From an uncultured Bdellovibrio sp. (GTDB lineage Bacteria > Bdellovibrionota > Bdellovibrionia > Bdellovibrionales > Bdellovibrionaceae): 64,000 bases of DNA. Both the position numbers and the translations under genes were made by a program. This document shows positions 20,147 through 30,681 of this stretch, piece by piece (positions within the stretch are counted from its first letter, which is position 1; each line of letters opens with the position of its first letter). Location of the stretch: positions 192,001-256,000 of the forward strand of contig CAWVRN010000003.1 of assembly GCA_963932905.1 (NCBI GenBank), given 5' to 3'. Below the pieces are notes generated by a model. That model was not told the DNA's origin, did not search any database, and was given only the letters and a program-made list of their open reading frames with translations.

Positions 20147-20725
20147 TTATTTGAATTTTAACATTCGGTAAATCCCCAACCACCCTAGCGGAGACAGAAG
20201 AAACACGGATGCCATTCCGGGAAAATAAGAAAATGGTTCCCGAACGACAAATGGAAAAACAAAGATATGCGCGAGTTCAGTTAGTCCCATTGACGTAAAG
20301 AAAGTCCAAATCAAGTAGCGACCAAACTCACTGTCTCGCTTTAAAAGATACGGAATGGATAACCAGCTACCTACTGAAGTAACAACCATTAATATAACTG
20401 GTACCGATAAAATCTCCGGTGTCGACACATCGGTAATTTCAGACAGTCGTTCAAAAAATCCCGAAACCTTTTCTTCTACTCTATGAATGACAAAAGCCAT
20501 GAAAGTAAAAATGAATGGCCATTTTAGATCATCGTAGTTAGCTTTTGATTTGAAACCTAGCCAAAGGAAGAAACCTCCGACAAAACCGGCAGAGATTATC
20601 ACCATCGTCCAAAACCCCAAAGACCAGAAACTCGAAAGTAGTACTAAAGCGGTTAAAATTGCAGCGACAGAAATACACGATCTGCTTTTATTTTTTTCCA
20701 AAAAGACTTCTTTTATGCCTGACAT
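20147..20725 (-). CDS. HXXEE-domain membrane protein
   Basis: HRVEE motif, YFPG, multiple TMs. Confidence 0.75.
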   Translation of the reverse strand: MSGIKEVFLEKNKSRSCISVAAILTALVLLSSFWSLGFWTMVIISAGFVGGFFLWLGFKSKANYDDLKWPFIFTFMAFVIHRVEEKVSGFFERLSEITDVSTPEILSVPVILMVVTSVGSWLSIPYLLKRDSEFGRYLIWTFFTSMGLTELAHIFVFPFVVREPFSYFPGMASVFLLSPLGWLGIYRMLKFK

Positions 20726-21079
20726 CTATTCAGTCCCGTTCAAAATCTTTTGAAGATCATCGGGAATTTGCATTGGTTCAAATATTCCTACATCAGCTCC
20801 GCCAGTATTTCCCTTTGGTGCTAACTTTAATATCGAGCCAGGCACTGCCAACATTATTCTTGGAATCTGACCTAAGAACTCTCTCACCAGTTTGTGTCGA
20901 ACACTATACCCTATCATTAAGACGTGAACATAGAGATGTTTTAGCGCATAGAACTGACCTAAGATGTGCGCTCGTTCCAGATGATTCCATTCTTCACTTG
21001 CAAATCCATTTACTTTGCTCTGATTAGCCAAATCAATTTCTTTCTCAAATGCAGAATCAATAGAATTTTCAACACTCAC
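20726..21079 (-). CDS. DUF3703-like protein
   Basis: HLERAHILGQ and GNTGGADV motifs. Confidence 0.8.
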   Translation of the reverse strand: MSVENSIDSAFEKEIDLANQSKVNGFASEEWNHLERAHILGQFYALKHLYVHVLMIGYSVRHKLVREFLGQIPRIMLAVPGSILKLAPKGNTGGADVGIFEPMQIPDDLQKILNGTE

Positions 21080-21092
21080 CGTTTACCTCAAA

Positions 21093-21740
21093 TTATTTTT
21101 TAAGTTCTTCCTCGATCGCTTTTTTAATCGGGTCATAACCAATCTCGCTCAGAATTTTACCGTTTACAAAAAAAGTAGGTGTTCTTCGTGCGCCGACAGC
21201 TTCTCCGTCAGCTTGATCTTGTTCAACTTTCCAACCATGTTTAGCCATTAATTGCTGAGTATCTAGCTTTGATAAATCAACACCGACTTCAGAAAGAATT
21301 TTTGGCAGCAATTCAGGTCTAGGACGTCCATGATCTGCCCACTCTGGTTGTTTTTCAAAAACTGCATCCAAAGCTGAATCGAATTTATCTTGCGCGCGAG
21401 CCTCTTCCAGCATGACCGCCGCTAGCTTTGAATTCCCGTGCAGTGGCATGTAGCGCAGCACAAGCTTTACCTTACCTTCATATTCAAACATTAAATTTTT
21501 AATTATTGGGTGCATTGCCCGACACGCCTCACACTCTGGATCTAGAAACTCTACGATAGTTACCTTGGCTGAGGCCGCGCCTTTTACCAAATTATGCGAC
21601 TTTATCAGAGTGGCCGAATCAACTTCAGGTGTTGAAACTATCGTTTCAGGTGCTCGACCGAAAGGCCAGAATGTATAACCCAGAAATAGAATTGCCACCG
21701 CAATCACTGACACAATTAAAAAGGATCTATTATTTTTCAT
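21093..21740 (-). CDS. DsbA/BdbD-like thiol-disulfide oxidoreductase
   Basis: EFLDPECEAC, TPTFFVNG, N-terminal anchor. Confidence 0.9.
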   Translation of the reverse strand: MKNNRSFLIVSVIAVAILFLGYTFWPFGRAPETIVSTPEVDSATLIKSHNLVKGAASAKVTIVEFLDPECEACRAMHPIIKNLMFEYEGKVKLVLRYMPLHGNSKLAAVMLEEARAQDKFDSALDAVFEKQPEWADHGRPRPELLPKILSEVGVDLSKLDTQQLMAKHGWKVEQDQADGEAVGARRTPTFFVNGKILSEIGYDPIKKAIEEELKK

Positions 21741-22155
21741 TTATTCTCCGTGTGGTTTTCATAGCTATAAATCCTAATGAAGTAAGAAGTATAAAACTAA
21801 TTAGCGACATAAGTGGGATAGTCAGAAAGCCAAATATTTCAACTTGTTTACTGGTACACGAAACGCCCTGACTACATGGGGTTATACTGTCAGGGATTAT
21901 TCCGTAATATAAAAGATTATGATAAGCAGCGATCAACAACCCAATTGCTGAAAGCGGCAATGCTGCCCGATAAAACCGACTCTCATCGTTCCATAGAGCG
22001 CTTCCCAAAATAACTACCAGTGGATACATACAAATGCGCTGGTACCAGCATAATGTGCATGGAGGATATTTTAACACTTCACCAAAGTATAAACTTCCTG
22101 CGGTAGCAATTAGTGAAACTAGAAACGAAAGCTGTATATAGTTAAATTTCATCAA
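21730..22155 (-). CDS. DsbB/BdbC disulfide bond formation protein
   Basis: PCTLCWYQRI and second Cys pair PCSQGVSC. Confidence 0.92.
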   Translation of the reverse strand: MMKFNYIQLSFLVSLIATAGSLYFGEVLKYPPCTLCWYQRICMYPLVVILGSALWNDESRFYRAALPLSAIGLLIAAYHNLLYYGIIPDSITPCSQGVSCTSKQVEIFGFLTIPLMSLISFILLTSLGFIAMKTTRRINEK

Positions 22156-22167
22156 TCTAATTTCGAC

Positions 22168-22632
22168 TTAATGATGATCGTGGTTATGATCAGTTTTTGT
22201 TCTTGGTATTACCTTAAATTGAACCGAGTGTTCTTTTCCATCAATTTTAAATTTAACCGCTAGGGAATCTCCATCGGCAATTTTCTTAACGGGATCAAAT
22301 AACATCAGATGCTTACCACCCGGCTTAAGTTCAAGTTTTGATTCTGGAGCGATTGTGTACTCATCCACCTTTTTCATAGACATCTTACCAGCATCTTCAA
22401 TTGTTTCGTGGGTCTCAAACGCTTTAAAGCCTTCAACACTAGACAAAACAACTTTGCGTGGAGATTTTGATTTGTTTTCGATTTCCACATAACCAGCGGT
22501 CACATTAGACCCTTTAAGCGGTGTAAATATCCTGGCATCCATAAATTTAATATCTTCAGCAGCAAAGCCCCCAACAGATAAAAGAAATAGTCCAATAAAT
22601 AGGCTTCGTACAAACTCAGAACGATGTTTCAT
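22168..22632 (-). CDS. PCu(A)C copper chaperone
   Basis: HE..M..LKPGGKHLML; signal peptide; His tail. Confidence 0.88.
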   Translation of the reverse strand: MKHRSEFVRSLFIGLFLLSVGGFAAEDIKFMDARIFTPLKGSNVTAGYVEIENKSKSPRKVVLSSVEGFKAFETHETIEDAGKMSMKKVDEYTIAPESKLELKPGGKHLMLFDPVKKIADGDSLAVKFKIDGKEHSVQFKVIPRTKTDHNHDHH

Positions 22633-23216
22633 ATATGCTCCTTAATTTTTTGCAAGATTACATCAGAATCACGAAGGCTGTCGATCGTATCGATCACAAT
22701 ACCTTTCTTATTTAAAATGAAAACTCTATCGGTATGAATAATCGAATAACCTAAATATGACTTGGGATTCTTCTCAACCATATAACTTGCAGGAAAAAGT
22801 TTAATTGTTTCATCTATTTGCTTTTTTGATCCACTTAACCCTAAAAACTCAGGGAAAAAATTAGTCGCGTAGTCAGCAACGTTGTTTGGATCATCATTTT
22901 CCTGGTCAACACTTACGAATAGAAATCTAATCTTTTTTAGTTCTTCTTGGCTCAGTTTGCTAAACGCGGTACCTACATAACTTAACGACATTGGACAGAC
23001 ATCCGGACATTTTGCATAACCGAAATAAATTAGATTAACACTTTTGGCCTTTTCACTAAAAGTCCACGGATTAGCTCTCAACGTCAGGGAAAAGTCGCCT
23101 CCCATCGTCGGCCCCTTTAATTCTTTCCATATTAGGTAACCAAGTGAACCCGCACAAACTAGTAACGCCAAACCAATCAATTGAAATATTCTTTTAAGTT
23201 TCACACTATTCCTCAC
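22629..23216 (-). CDS. SCO1/SenC family protein
   Basis: FGYAKCPDVCP, SVD..D, distal His. Confidence 0.92.
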   Translation of the reverse strand: MRNSVKLKRIFQLIGLALLVCAGSLGYLIWKELKGPTMGGDFSLTLRANPWTFSEKAKSVNLIYFGYAKCPDVCPMSLSYVGTAFSKLSQEELKKIRFLFVSVDQENDDPNNVADYATNFFPEFLGLSGSKKQIDETIKLFPASYMVEKNPKSYLGYSIIHTDRVFILNKKGIVIDTIDSLRDSDVILQKIKEHI

Positions 23217-23253
23217 TCTAACGTATGATCTTTTACTATTAAATTCATGTGGA

Positions 23254-23463
23254 TCACTTTTTAGGCCGACTATTTGTTTGATAAGAATCGGGCGTCACAC
23301 TCAAGGGCACTTCAACATTTGGGTTGGAGTCCGCGCTTCGATCTTGAGTATCAAAATGTGGAGCAATTTTTCTCGAAGGAGCCTTATCATTTTTCATAAG
23401 CGATTTCGGGACTTTCACGCTTTTCGATTTCTTCTTAACTACTTTCTTCTTTTTCGAAGCCAT
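23254..23463 (-). CDS. Small Lys-rich hypothetical protein
   Basis: GAGG RBS; in line with the operon. Confidence 0.5.
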   Translation of the reverse strand: MASKKKKVVKKKSKSVKVPKSLMKNDKAPSRKIAPHFDTQDRSADSNPNVEVPLSVTPDSYQTNSRPKK

Positions 23464-23481
23464 TTTTAATTCCTCATATTT

Positions 23482-25644
23482 CTATTTCTCTACGTTCAAT
23501 AGTCTTAATGAATTCGCTATAACCAAAAGCGTAGCGCCCATATCTGCTGCCACCGCCAGCCAAAGGCTTGAGTATCCTATAGCTCCCAATACTATGAAAA
23601 TCGCCTTGGTTACCAACGCAAACGTAATATTGAATCTAATTATATTCAAAGCCTTTCGGCCTTTATTTACAGCTTTTGCCAATTGATTTAAATCATCCGT
23701 CATTAGCGCAACGTCCGCTGTTTCGATTGCCGCATCAGTTCCAGCGGCGCCCATCGCGATACCGATTGTCGCTTGAGCTAGCGCTGGCGCATCATTAATT
23801 CCATCGCCAACCATTCCTACAAATTCGTGTCGGTCTATAAGTTTTTTGATTTCTTCAACTTTATTTTCGGGAAGCATATCGCCTTTTGCAGAGTCAATTC
23901 CAACACGTTTTGCTATTGCACTTGCTGTTAATTGATTGTCTCCACTTAGCATCGAAATTTCTAAAATACCTTCTTTGTGAAGGTCTTTGATTGCCTGATT
24001 TACGTTTGCTCTTGGTTCGTCAGCCATCCCCAGAATTCCAAGGATCTTACCATAGGACTGGCCATCATTTTTACGTCCAATTACAAGGACAGACTGTGCT
24101 TCACTCTCTAATGATTTTAGGTAAGTTTCAATCTCAGGTGTACAAACACCTAACTCGTGAGCCAATTTATGGTTACCCGCAAAAAACGAGAATGAGTCGA
24201 TCGTTCCTTCAATACCTTTTCCTTGAATGACTTTGAAACCGTGAACAGGCTTTGCCTGAATTTTTTTATCTTCAGAGTATTTAACAACTGCTCGCGCCAA
24301 AGGATGAGTTGATTCTTTTTCTAGTGATAAAGCAATGGTTAGCAATTCTGCTTCTGACTCGGCTTTGATCAATTTTGTCGATACAACTTTGGGAACTCCT
24401 TCAGTAATTGTACCTGTTTTATCCACTGCAAGTGCGCGAAGTTTTCCTAGTGATTCCAAATACACTCCGCCTTTAACTAGAACTCCCATTTTTGCAAGTG
24501 CTGTCAGTGCAGACACTACTGATACAGGCGTGGCAATTACCAGGGCGCATGGACAGGCAATAACAAGAAACACCAATGATCTATACAACCAAGTATTTGA
24601 ATCGCCATTAAACAAAAGCGGCGGACCTATCGCCAGCAAAATAGCAATCACTGTAACTACCGGGGTGTATATTTTCGCAAATTTATCTACAAATAGTTGG
24701 GCGGGAGCTTTCTGACTTTGAGCCTCCTCTACCATTCTAATTACGTTTGAAATTTTTGAGTCTTTGAAAAGACTTTTAACTTTTACTGTCAGCGTGCCAG
24801 TTTCATTGATCGTTCCGGCCAGAACAGTGTCACCAATCTGTTTAAAGACAGGCTGCGATTCCCCAGTTAGCGGAGCTTGATTAACCGAAGAGGTACCTTT
24901 CTCGACAATTCCGTCTAGCGGAACTCGATCACCACCTAGGATTATAATTGTCTCTCCGATTTGAACTTCCTCTACAGGTTTTGCAAACCTACCTTTTGGA
25001 GTTTCAACCAGAGCATTTTGGGGAGTAATTGAGAGTACATCCTGGATAGCTTTTCTTGCGCGCGCCACACTAAATGCTTCGAGCAACTCCGCTAGCGAAA
25101 ATAGAAAGACAACTGCCGCACCTTCGGAATATTCTTTAATGAAAAAGGCTCCCACAGCGGCTATCACCATCAATACATTCATATCTAAAGAAAGCTGTTT
25201 TACTGCTCTATATGCTTTCGGAGCAATTAGCGATCCGCCTAACAAAGTGGATGCTAAAAAGAGACCAAATAGGAGTTCTTCAGGTGGACTAGCCAACCAT
25301 TGTAGCAGCAAACCAATCGACAACAAAACTCCAGAGGTCACAACTAGCCAAACTCGAGATTTGTTATTCGAATAAAACGACGCAGTGACTTTCTCATCAC
25401 GAACCGTAACCCCGGATTTATTGATTAACGCTTTGACATCATCTCGAGTGACGTCTGGATCATGTTCGACTTGAACCTGAGACGACATCAAATTTGCCGT
25501 TACCCTACCTATTTTTGGAATATTCAGACTATTCTGGATAGCTGCTATTTCGTCAGCACAATCCATTCCGGCGACGTTAAATGTCGATGTAACACTTTTA
25601 TTGAGTTTATTTACAACAATCGTTGAATCTTGTGTTTCATTCAT
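23482..25644 (-). CDS. cadA: Zn/Cd/Pb-type P1B-2 ATPase
   Basis: GMDCADE, TGES, CPC, DKTGT, GDGIND, Lys in TM7 and ADMG in TM8. Confidence 0.9.
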   Translation of the reverse strand: MNETQDSTIVVNKLNKSVTSTFNVAGMDCADEIAAIQNSLNIPKIGRVTANLMSSQVQVEHDPDVTRDDVKALINKSGVTVRDEKVTASFYSNNKSRVWLVVTSGVLLSIGLLLQWLASPPEELLFGLFLASTLLGGSLIAPKAYRAVKQLSLDMNVLMVIAAVGAFFIKEYSEGAAVVFLFSLAELLEAFSVARARKAIQDVLSITPQNALVETPKGRFAKPVEEVQIGETIIILGGDRVPLDGIVEKGTSSVNQAPLTGESQPVFKQIGDTVLAGTINETGTLTVKVKSLFKDSKISNVIRMVEEAQSQKAPAQLFVDKFAKIYTPVVTVIAILLAIGPPLLFNGDSNTWLYRSLVFLVIACPCALVIATPVSVVSALTALAKMGVLVKGGVYLESLGKLRALAVDKTGTITEGVPKVVSTKLIKAESEAELLTIALSLEKESTHPLARAVVKYSEDKKIQAKPVHGFKVIQGKGIEGTIDSFSFFAGNHKLAHELGVCTPEIETYLKSLESEAQSVLVIGRKNDGQSYGKILGILGMADEPRANVNQAIKDLHKEGILEISMLSGDNQLTASAIAKRVGIDSAKGDMLPENKVEEIKKLIDRHEFVGMVGDGINDAPALAQATIGIAMGAAGTDAAIETADVALMTDDLNQLAKAVNKGRKALNIIRFNITFALVTKAIFIVLGAIGYSSLWLAVAADMGATLLVIANSLRLLNVEK

Positions 25645-25662
25645 AAATTTACCTTTTGACTG

Positions 25663-26037
25663 CTAATTTTTTTTCACAAAGCTTCCGGCTTTTATTGGTG
25701 CCATGTTTTCGGTTTTCAATACGACTTCGTGAATATTTTCACTTGAAGTTACAATTGCATCTGACACCTTTTGGTCTACGCACTCCACTCGAGTAACTGT
25801 ACTCCATCTTTTTTGGTGGGCCTTTCTCCTGCAATTGCTTTCGAAAATCTCTAGGGTCTTACCATTTTGAATGCTCCGCCCTTCCAGGCATACGGTAGCC
25901 GCACCGTTCTCTGAAGTCCTAATATCTCCCACGACATGTTCATGTCGTGGGAGTGCGGAACAACCGCCAAGGAAAACCAGAGACAGATTCAAAACTAAAA
26001 GTGTTATGTTACTTTGAATCTTTCTTGTCGTCTTCAT
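25663..26037 (-). CDS. Hypothetical lipoprotein
   Basis: Likely start MKTTRK; lipobox LGGC. Confidence 0.6.
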   Translation of the reverse strand: MKTTRKIQSNITLLVLNLSLVFLGGCSALPRHEHVVGDIRTSENGAATVCLEGRSIQNGKTLEIFESNCRRKAHQKRWSTVTRVECVDQKVSDAIVTSSENIHEVVLKTENMAPIKAGSFVKKN

Positions 26038-26227
26038 GTTCATGGTCCTCGTGTTTTTTGTCTTTATCATCACACTTACAATTCTTCTCGTCCTTCTTGC
26101 ACTTTTTACACTTGTGATCTTTGTGCGCGTGCGCACTCTTATCTTTGTGATTATGCTCGTCACCAGCAAAAGCGGACGTGCCGGTTAGCAGACCGAGCGC
26201 TGCAACTGTTAATAAAACTTGTTTCAT
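26009..26227 (-). CDS. Small exported His/Cys/Lys-rich metal-binding peptide
   Basis: AGGAG RBS; signal peptide AFA; HKCKKC..NCKC and HEDHEH. Confidence 0.7.
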   Translation of the reverse strand: MKQVLLTVAALGLLTGTSAFAGDEHNHKDKSAHAHKDHKCKKCKKDEKNCKCDDKDKKHEDHEHEDDKKDSK

Positions 26228-26269
26228 ACGTACTCCTTTTTAAAAAAGCGAAAATTCGCTTTCGTTGAT

Positions 26270-26620
26270 TCAATTGTCTGATTTTTCGACCGTCATTTCG
26301 CCTTCAACCTTAAACGTCGGCGTTTCTATTATGGCCGTATCTTTGGTAAGTATCTTAATGACTTTGCTAGTTCCAACTTTTACCGAATCGCAAGAATGAT
26401 CGACTTGCTCAATTTTCGCATTTGATTTTCTCTTGGGGCACACCTTTTTAAAGATGTCTACGGAATCACCTTCTTTAACTTCAGGCGATCCAATTTTAAC
26501 CCTAACTCCTTCAGGAATTTCAGATCGTTGCTCAGTTCCCATAATTTTATGGTAATGGGCACATCCTACATTGAACGCTAATACCGATAACATTAAAAAA
26601 ACTAACTTAATTTTTTTCAT
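26270..26620 (-). CDS. Hypothetical lipoprotein
   Basis: Lipobox NVGC; GGAG RBS. Confidence 0.65.
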   Translation of the reverse strand: MKKIKLVFLMLSVLAFNVGCAHYHKIMGTEQRSEIPEGVRVKIGSPEVKEGDSVDIFKKVCPKRKSNAKIEQVDHSCDSVKVGTSKVIKILTKDTAIIETPTFKVEGEMTVEKSDN

Positions 26621-26652
26621 TTAATCTCCAATTATTTTGATTTTGGAAGAAA

Positions 26653-26910
26653 CTAGTACGGCTTATCCATCCAGCGACCATATTTTTTTTTCGTTTTAAC
26701 CCGTTTAAGTTTTTTCCCTTTCTTTCCCTTACCGACGATAAAGAATCCCCATATTAGCATTCCCACAAACACAACCATCACTGAGACCGGATACCATGTG
26801 TAATCCGGTCTTTCTCTTCTTGTTAGCTCGGTCGGAGCTCGTAGAATACTTTCCTTGTTTGGATTCTCTTGAGCATGTGCACCAAAGTGCGAAAATGCCA
26901 ATTGATCCAT
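26653..26910 (-). CDS. Small single-TM protein
   Basis: AGGAG RBS; one TM followed by a basic tail. Confidence 0.55.
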   Translation of the reverse strand: MDQLAFSHFGAHAQENPNKESILRAPTELTRRERPDYTWYPVSVMVVFVGMLIWGFFIVGKGKKGKKLKRVKTKKKYGRWMDKPY

Positions 26911-26922
26911 AACAACTCCTAT

Positions 26923-29900
26923 TTAGTGGGCGACTCGTCCTTTCATTTTTGATTCAAACACCGAGAAAACGATTGGTAGTACAACCAGAGTAAGTAGAGT
27001 CGATGAAATAATTCCACCGATAACCACCGACGCCAGCGGTTTCTGAACTTCAGATCCAACGCCCGATGAAAGCATCATTGGAATAAACCCAAATACAGCA
27101 ACCAAAGCGGTCATCATAACCGGACGAAGTCGAACCAAAGTCCCTTGTAGAACCAAATCTTTTCCTGTCTTTCCTTCAAGTTTTAGCTGATTGAAGAAGT
27201 TTACAAGCACGACCCCATTCAGAACTGCTATACCCGACAACGCGATAAATCCGATACCTGCTGAAATACTAAATGGAAGACCATTCAAAATCAGACCGAT
27301 AACGCCGCCGACCAGCGCCATTGGCACACATGCAAAAATCAACAATGTTTGTGCAACACTGCCAAACGCCGCGTAAACCATCATGAGCACCAGTACCATC
27401 GCAACCGGAGCAAGGATCATCAATCGAGAACGGGCTTGTTCCAAGTTCTTGAAGTTACCGCCCCACTCGACATAGTATCCAGTTGGTAACTTCACTTCTT
27501 TTTCAACCAAGGCGCGCGCTTCATTAACGAAAGATTCAGTATCTCGACCGCGCAAGTTAATCAGTACAGCAGTTCGACGATTTGAGTTCTCGCGATTCAC
27601 TGAACCATACGTCTCTTGAAACTTGATCGAAGCAAGGTCCTTCAGTGGCACAATAGTATTTGTAGCAATCCCAACTGGAAGCTCACGAACGGCATCGATA
27701 TCAGATCGAAGATCGTTATCCATTCTAACAACGATTGGAAACTTCTTTTCAGCTTCATACAAATAGCCAGCTTCTTGACCACCTAATGCAATCGAGATTG
27801 CATTAAGCACGTCAGAGATAGAGGCATTATATTTCTTAAGATTTTCTTCTTGTGGCTCGATCTTAAGAACAGGCGAGGTACCCGCAAGATCTACTTCGAC
27901 GTCACCAGCTCCCTTAACCTTCGATGCAACCTCTTGAATTTTTTTTGCAGTTTGAACTAGGGTATCTAGATCAGGACCAAAGATCTTAACTGATACATCC
28001 GCCCGTGTTCCCTCTAGCAATTCATTAAAACGCATCTGAATAGGTTGAGATGCAAGATATGTTTGTCCCGGAACTTCCAGGTTCAACTTTTCCACGATTG
28101 CCGAAGTCAATTCTTGGTAAGTACGTTTTTTACCATCAATCTCTTTCCATTCAGAACGTGGCTTAAGCATGATGTAACTATCCGAAACGTTAACACCCAT
28201 AGGATCAGTCGCCACTTCACTCGTACCAATACGAGAGAACACGTGACTAACTTCTGGGAAAGTTTCTACCACTTTGTCCGCCTTACGTTGCATTTCAACC
28301 GACTGAGTTAAGTTTGCATTCACAGGACGAATCATGTGAAACGCAAATGACCCTTCACCAAGTTGAGGCAAGAATTCAGCACCGCGAGATGCAAACAATA
28401 CAACACCCACCACAACGGAAGCTACGGCTAGTGCCATTGTCATTTTCGCGCGTTTAAATGCAAAATTAAAGATTGGGATATAGATTGCGCGAATCCACTC
28501 CATCAATTTAGGCTCTTTATCCGCAGCTTTTCCTGACAAGAACACACTCGCTAAAGCTGGTGCTGTAGTAAACGACATTATCAATGAAGCCGCCACCGCA
28601 AAAATGAACGTAGAAGCCATTGGTTGGAACATTTTGCCTTCAACGCCAGTCAAAGCAAATACTGGTAGGAACACCATGATGATGATTAACTCACCAAAAC
28701 CGGCCGCCGTTCTGATTTCCACTGTTGCTTCGTAAACTGCTTCTTTCACTTCTTCACGAGACAGCGACCTTCCGAACTCTTGAGAGCGCTTATGAATATA
28801 GCGAACGCAGTTATCCAAGACAATTACCGTACCGTCGACGATAATACCGAAATCTAGCGCACCTAAGCTCATTAGGTTTCCAGAGATTCCCATTGGCTTC
28901 ATCACCAAGAATGTTGCTAATAGAGAGAATGGAATCGTCACAGCCGTAATAATAGCCGCTCGAATATTTCCTAATAGAATCAAAAGAATGATCGTTACAA
29001 GCAAAGCACCCATAATTAAATTATGTTCTACTGTGCCAAGAGTTGCGTTCACTAGATCAGAACGATTGTATACAGTTGTGATCGATACGCCTTCTGGAAG
29101 TTGTTTATTGATCTCGGCCATTTTTTCATGAACACGAGTTGATACTGTCCGGCTGTTTTCACCTAACAACATCATAACCGTTCCAAGAACCGCTTCCTCA
29201 CCGTCAAAAGTTGCCGATCCAGTTCGTAATTCTTTTCCTAGAGTTACTTTTGCAATATCAGCGATAGTGATCGTTCTAAAAGACTCTAAGGTCTTTACGG
29301 GAACTCGACCGATCTCATCAGGGTTCTTAATCAAACCCACACCCTGAATTAAAAACTGCTCGGCAGTTTGTTCTACGTATCCTCCGCCGACGTTTCTATT
29401 AACTTTCTCAAGAGCTTGAACGATGTCATCAAAATGAATTCCGTTCGCGGCCATTTTCTTTGGATCTGGTTGAACATGAAATTGTTTCTCAAATCCACCA
29501 GAAGTATTAATCTCAGCAACACCTTCAACCGTTAACAATCGCGGTTTAACAAACCAATCTTGCAAAGATTTTAACTCCATTAGCTGGCGAGTGCGTTCAT
29601 CACCGGATTTTTTCTCTTTGAAATCGATCACGTACTGATAGATTTCTCCAAGACCCGTTGAAATTGGACCCAAACCTGGCTTCGCAGATGGTGGCAAATC
29701 CGACGCAATCCCTTGAAGCCGCTCAGACACAAGCTGACGCGCTCGATAGATATCAAGTCCATCTTTGAACACGACTGTGACTTGTGAAAGACCGAATCGA
29801 GTAATCGATCGAACCTGCTGAACACCAGCGATACCTCGCATAGATGATTCAATCGGAAACGTAATTGTTCTTTCAATCTCTTCAGGAGCTAGGCCTTCAA

Positions 29901-30057
29901 TGACCGTGTTTACTTGCACCTGATTATTTGTGATATCAGGAACAGCATCAATCGGAAGACTTTGAAAACTGTAAATCCCAGCTACAACCATTAGGAGTGT
30001 TAACAATAGAATCACTCCTCGATTGAATATGGAAAAACGTATAATTTTGTTTAACAT
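26923..30057 (-). CDS. czcA: CzcA/CusA heavy-metal efflux RND permease
   Basis: LPIDAVPDITNNQVQ, MSLGALDFGIIVDG, RLRPVMMT; 1044 aa. Confidence 0.95.
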   Translation of the reverse strand: MLNKIIRFSIFNRGVILLLTLLMVVAGIYSFQSLPIDAVPDITNNQVQVNTVIEGLAPEEIERTITFPIESSMRGIAGVQQVRSITRFGLSQVTVVFKDGLDIYRARQLVSERLQGIASDLPPSAKPGLGPISTGLGEIYQYVIDFKEKKSGDERTRQLMELKSLQDWFVKPRLLTVEGVAEINTSGGFEKQFHVQPDPKKMAANGIHFDDIVQALEKVNRNVGGGYVEQTAEQFLIQGVGLIKNPDEIGRVPVKTLESFRTITIADIAKVTLGKELRTGSATFDGEEAVLGTVMMLLGENSRTVSTRVHEKMAEINKQLPEGVSITTVYNRSDLVNATLGTVEHNLIMGALLVTIILLILLGNIRAAIITAVTIPFSLLATFLVMKPMGISGNLMSLGALDFGIIVDGTVIVLDNCVRYIHKRSQEFGRSLSREEVKEAVYEATVEIRTAAGFGELIIIMVFLPVFALTGVEGKMFQPMASTFIFAVAASLIMSFTTAPALASVFLSGKAADKEPKLMEWIRAIYIPIFNFAFKRAKMTMALAVASVVVGVVLFASRGAEFLPQLGEGSFAFHMIRPVNANLTQSVEMQRKADKVVETFPEVSHVFSRIGTSEVATDPMGVNVSDSYIMLKPRSEWKEIDGKKRTYQELTSAIVEKLNLEVPGQTYLASQPIQMRFNELLEGTRADVSVKIFGPDLDTLVQTAKKIQEVASKVKGAGDVEVDLAGTSPVLKIEPQEENLKKYNASISDVLNAISIALGGQEAGYLYEAEKKFPIVVRMDNDLRSDIDAVRELPVGIATNTIVPLKDLASIKFQETYGSVNRENSNRRTAVLINLRGRDTESFVNEARALVEKEVKLPTGYYVEWGGNFKNLEQARSRLMILAPVAMVLVLMMVYAAFGSVAQTLLIFACVPMALVGGVIGLILNGLPFSISAGIGFIALSGIAVLNGVVLVNFFNQLKLEGKTGKDLVLQGTLVRLRPVMMTALVAVFGFIPMMLSSGVGSEVQKPLASVVIGGIISSTLLTLVVLPIVFSVFESKMKGRVAH

Positions 30058-30075
30058 ATATTTAATTCCTTATAA

Positions 30076-30681
30076 TTAATGAGAGTGACCTTCGGGAGCG
30101 CCACCAAAGGCGGCGATCTCGGCAATTCTAAGTAAGCCAGTTCCTTCGACTACAATTTGATCTCCTGCTTTTAAATCTTTCGACTTAATAACAGCTTTCT
30201 TGTCAGTTTTACTGACGAAGACAAAATCCACGCGTTTGTAGTGGCTATCTCGATAGCGATATAAATTTACTTCTGTCCCTGCGGTAACGATGGCAGTTTT
30301 AGGGATTTCAAACTGTGCAGAAGCAGGAACTTGAACTTTTTTAACATCAAAGTTCTTTTCCGCTTCAGGAGAAATCTGAAAACCTTCTTCTTCACTTGCG
30401 CTTACGATTCCTTTACCTGGGCCTATGTTCTCGTTACCTTCTTCGTGACCGTGGCCTCCATGGCCGCCGCCCTCGTCATGGTCATCATGCTTCTCGCCTT
30501 CATCTGATCCATGATCGTGATCGTCATGCTTTTCATCGCCTTCTTTTCCATGGCCTTCTTGCTTCTCGCCTTTTTCATGTTTGTGCTCGTCTTTCTTCGA
30601 TTCGTTAGCCATTCCAACGTTTTCGTAGAAACAGAACATAACTAGAGCACTAAATAAGATCGTTAAAAATCTTGATCTCAT
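30076..30681 (-). CDS. Short His-rich exported protein in the CzcB position
   Basis: Signal peptide, His/Asp/Glu tract, C-terminus IP..A....LKAGDQIVVEG like the membrane-proximal end of RND adaptors. Confidence 0.7.
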   Translation of the reverse strand: MRSRFLTILFSALVMFCFYENVGMANESKKDEHKHEKGEKQEGHGKEGDEKHDDHDHGSDEGEKHDDHDEGGGHGGHGHEEGNENIGPGKGIVSASEEEGFQISPEAEKNFDVKKVQVPASAQFEIPKTAIVTAGTEVNLYRYRDSHYKRVDFVFVSKTDKKAVIKSKDLKAGDQIVVEGTGLLRIAEIAAFGGAPEGHSH

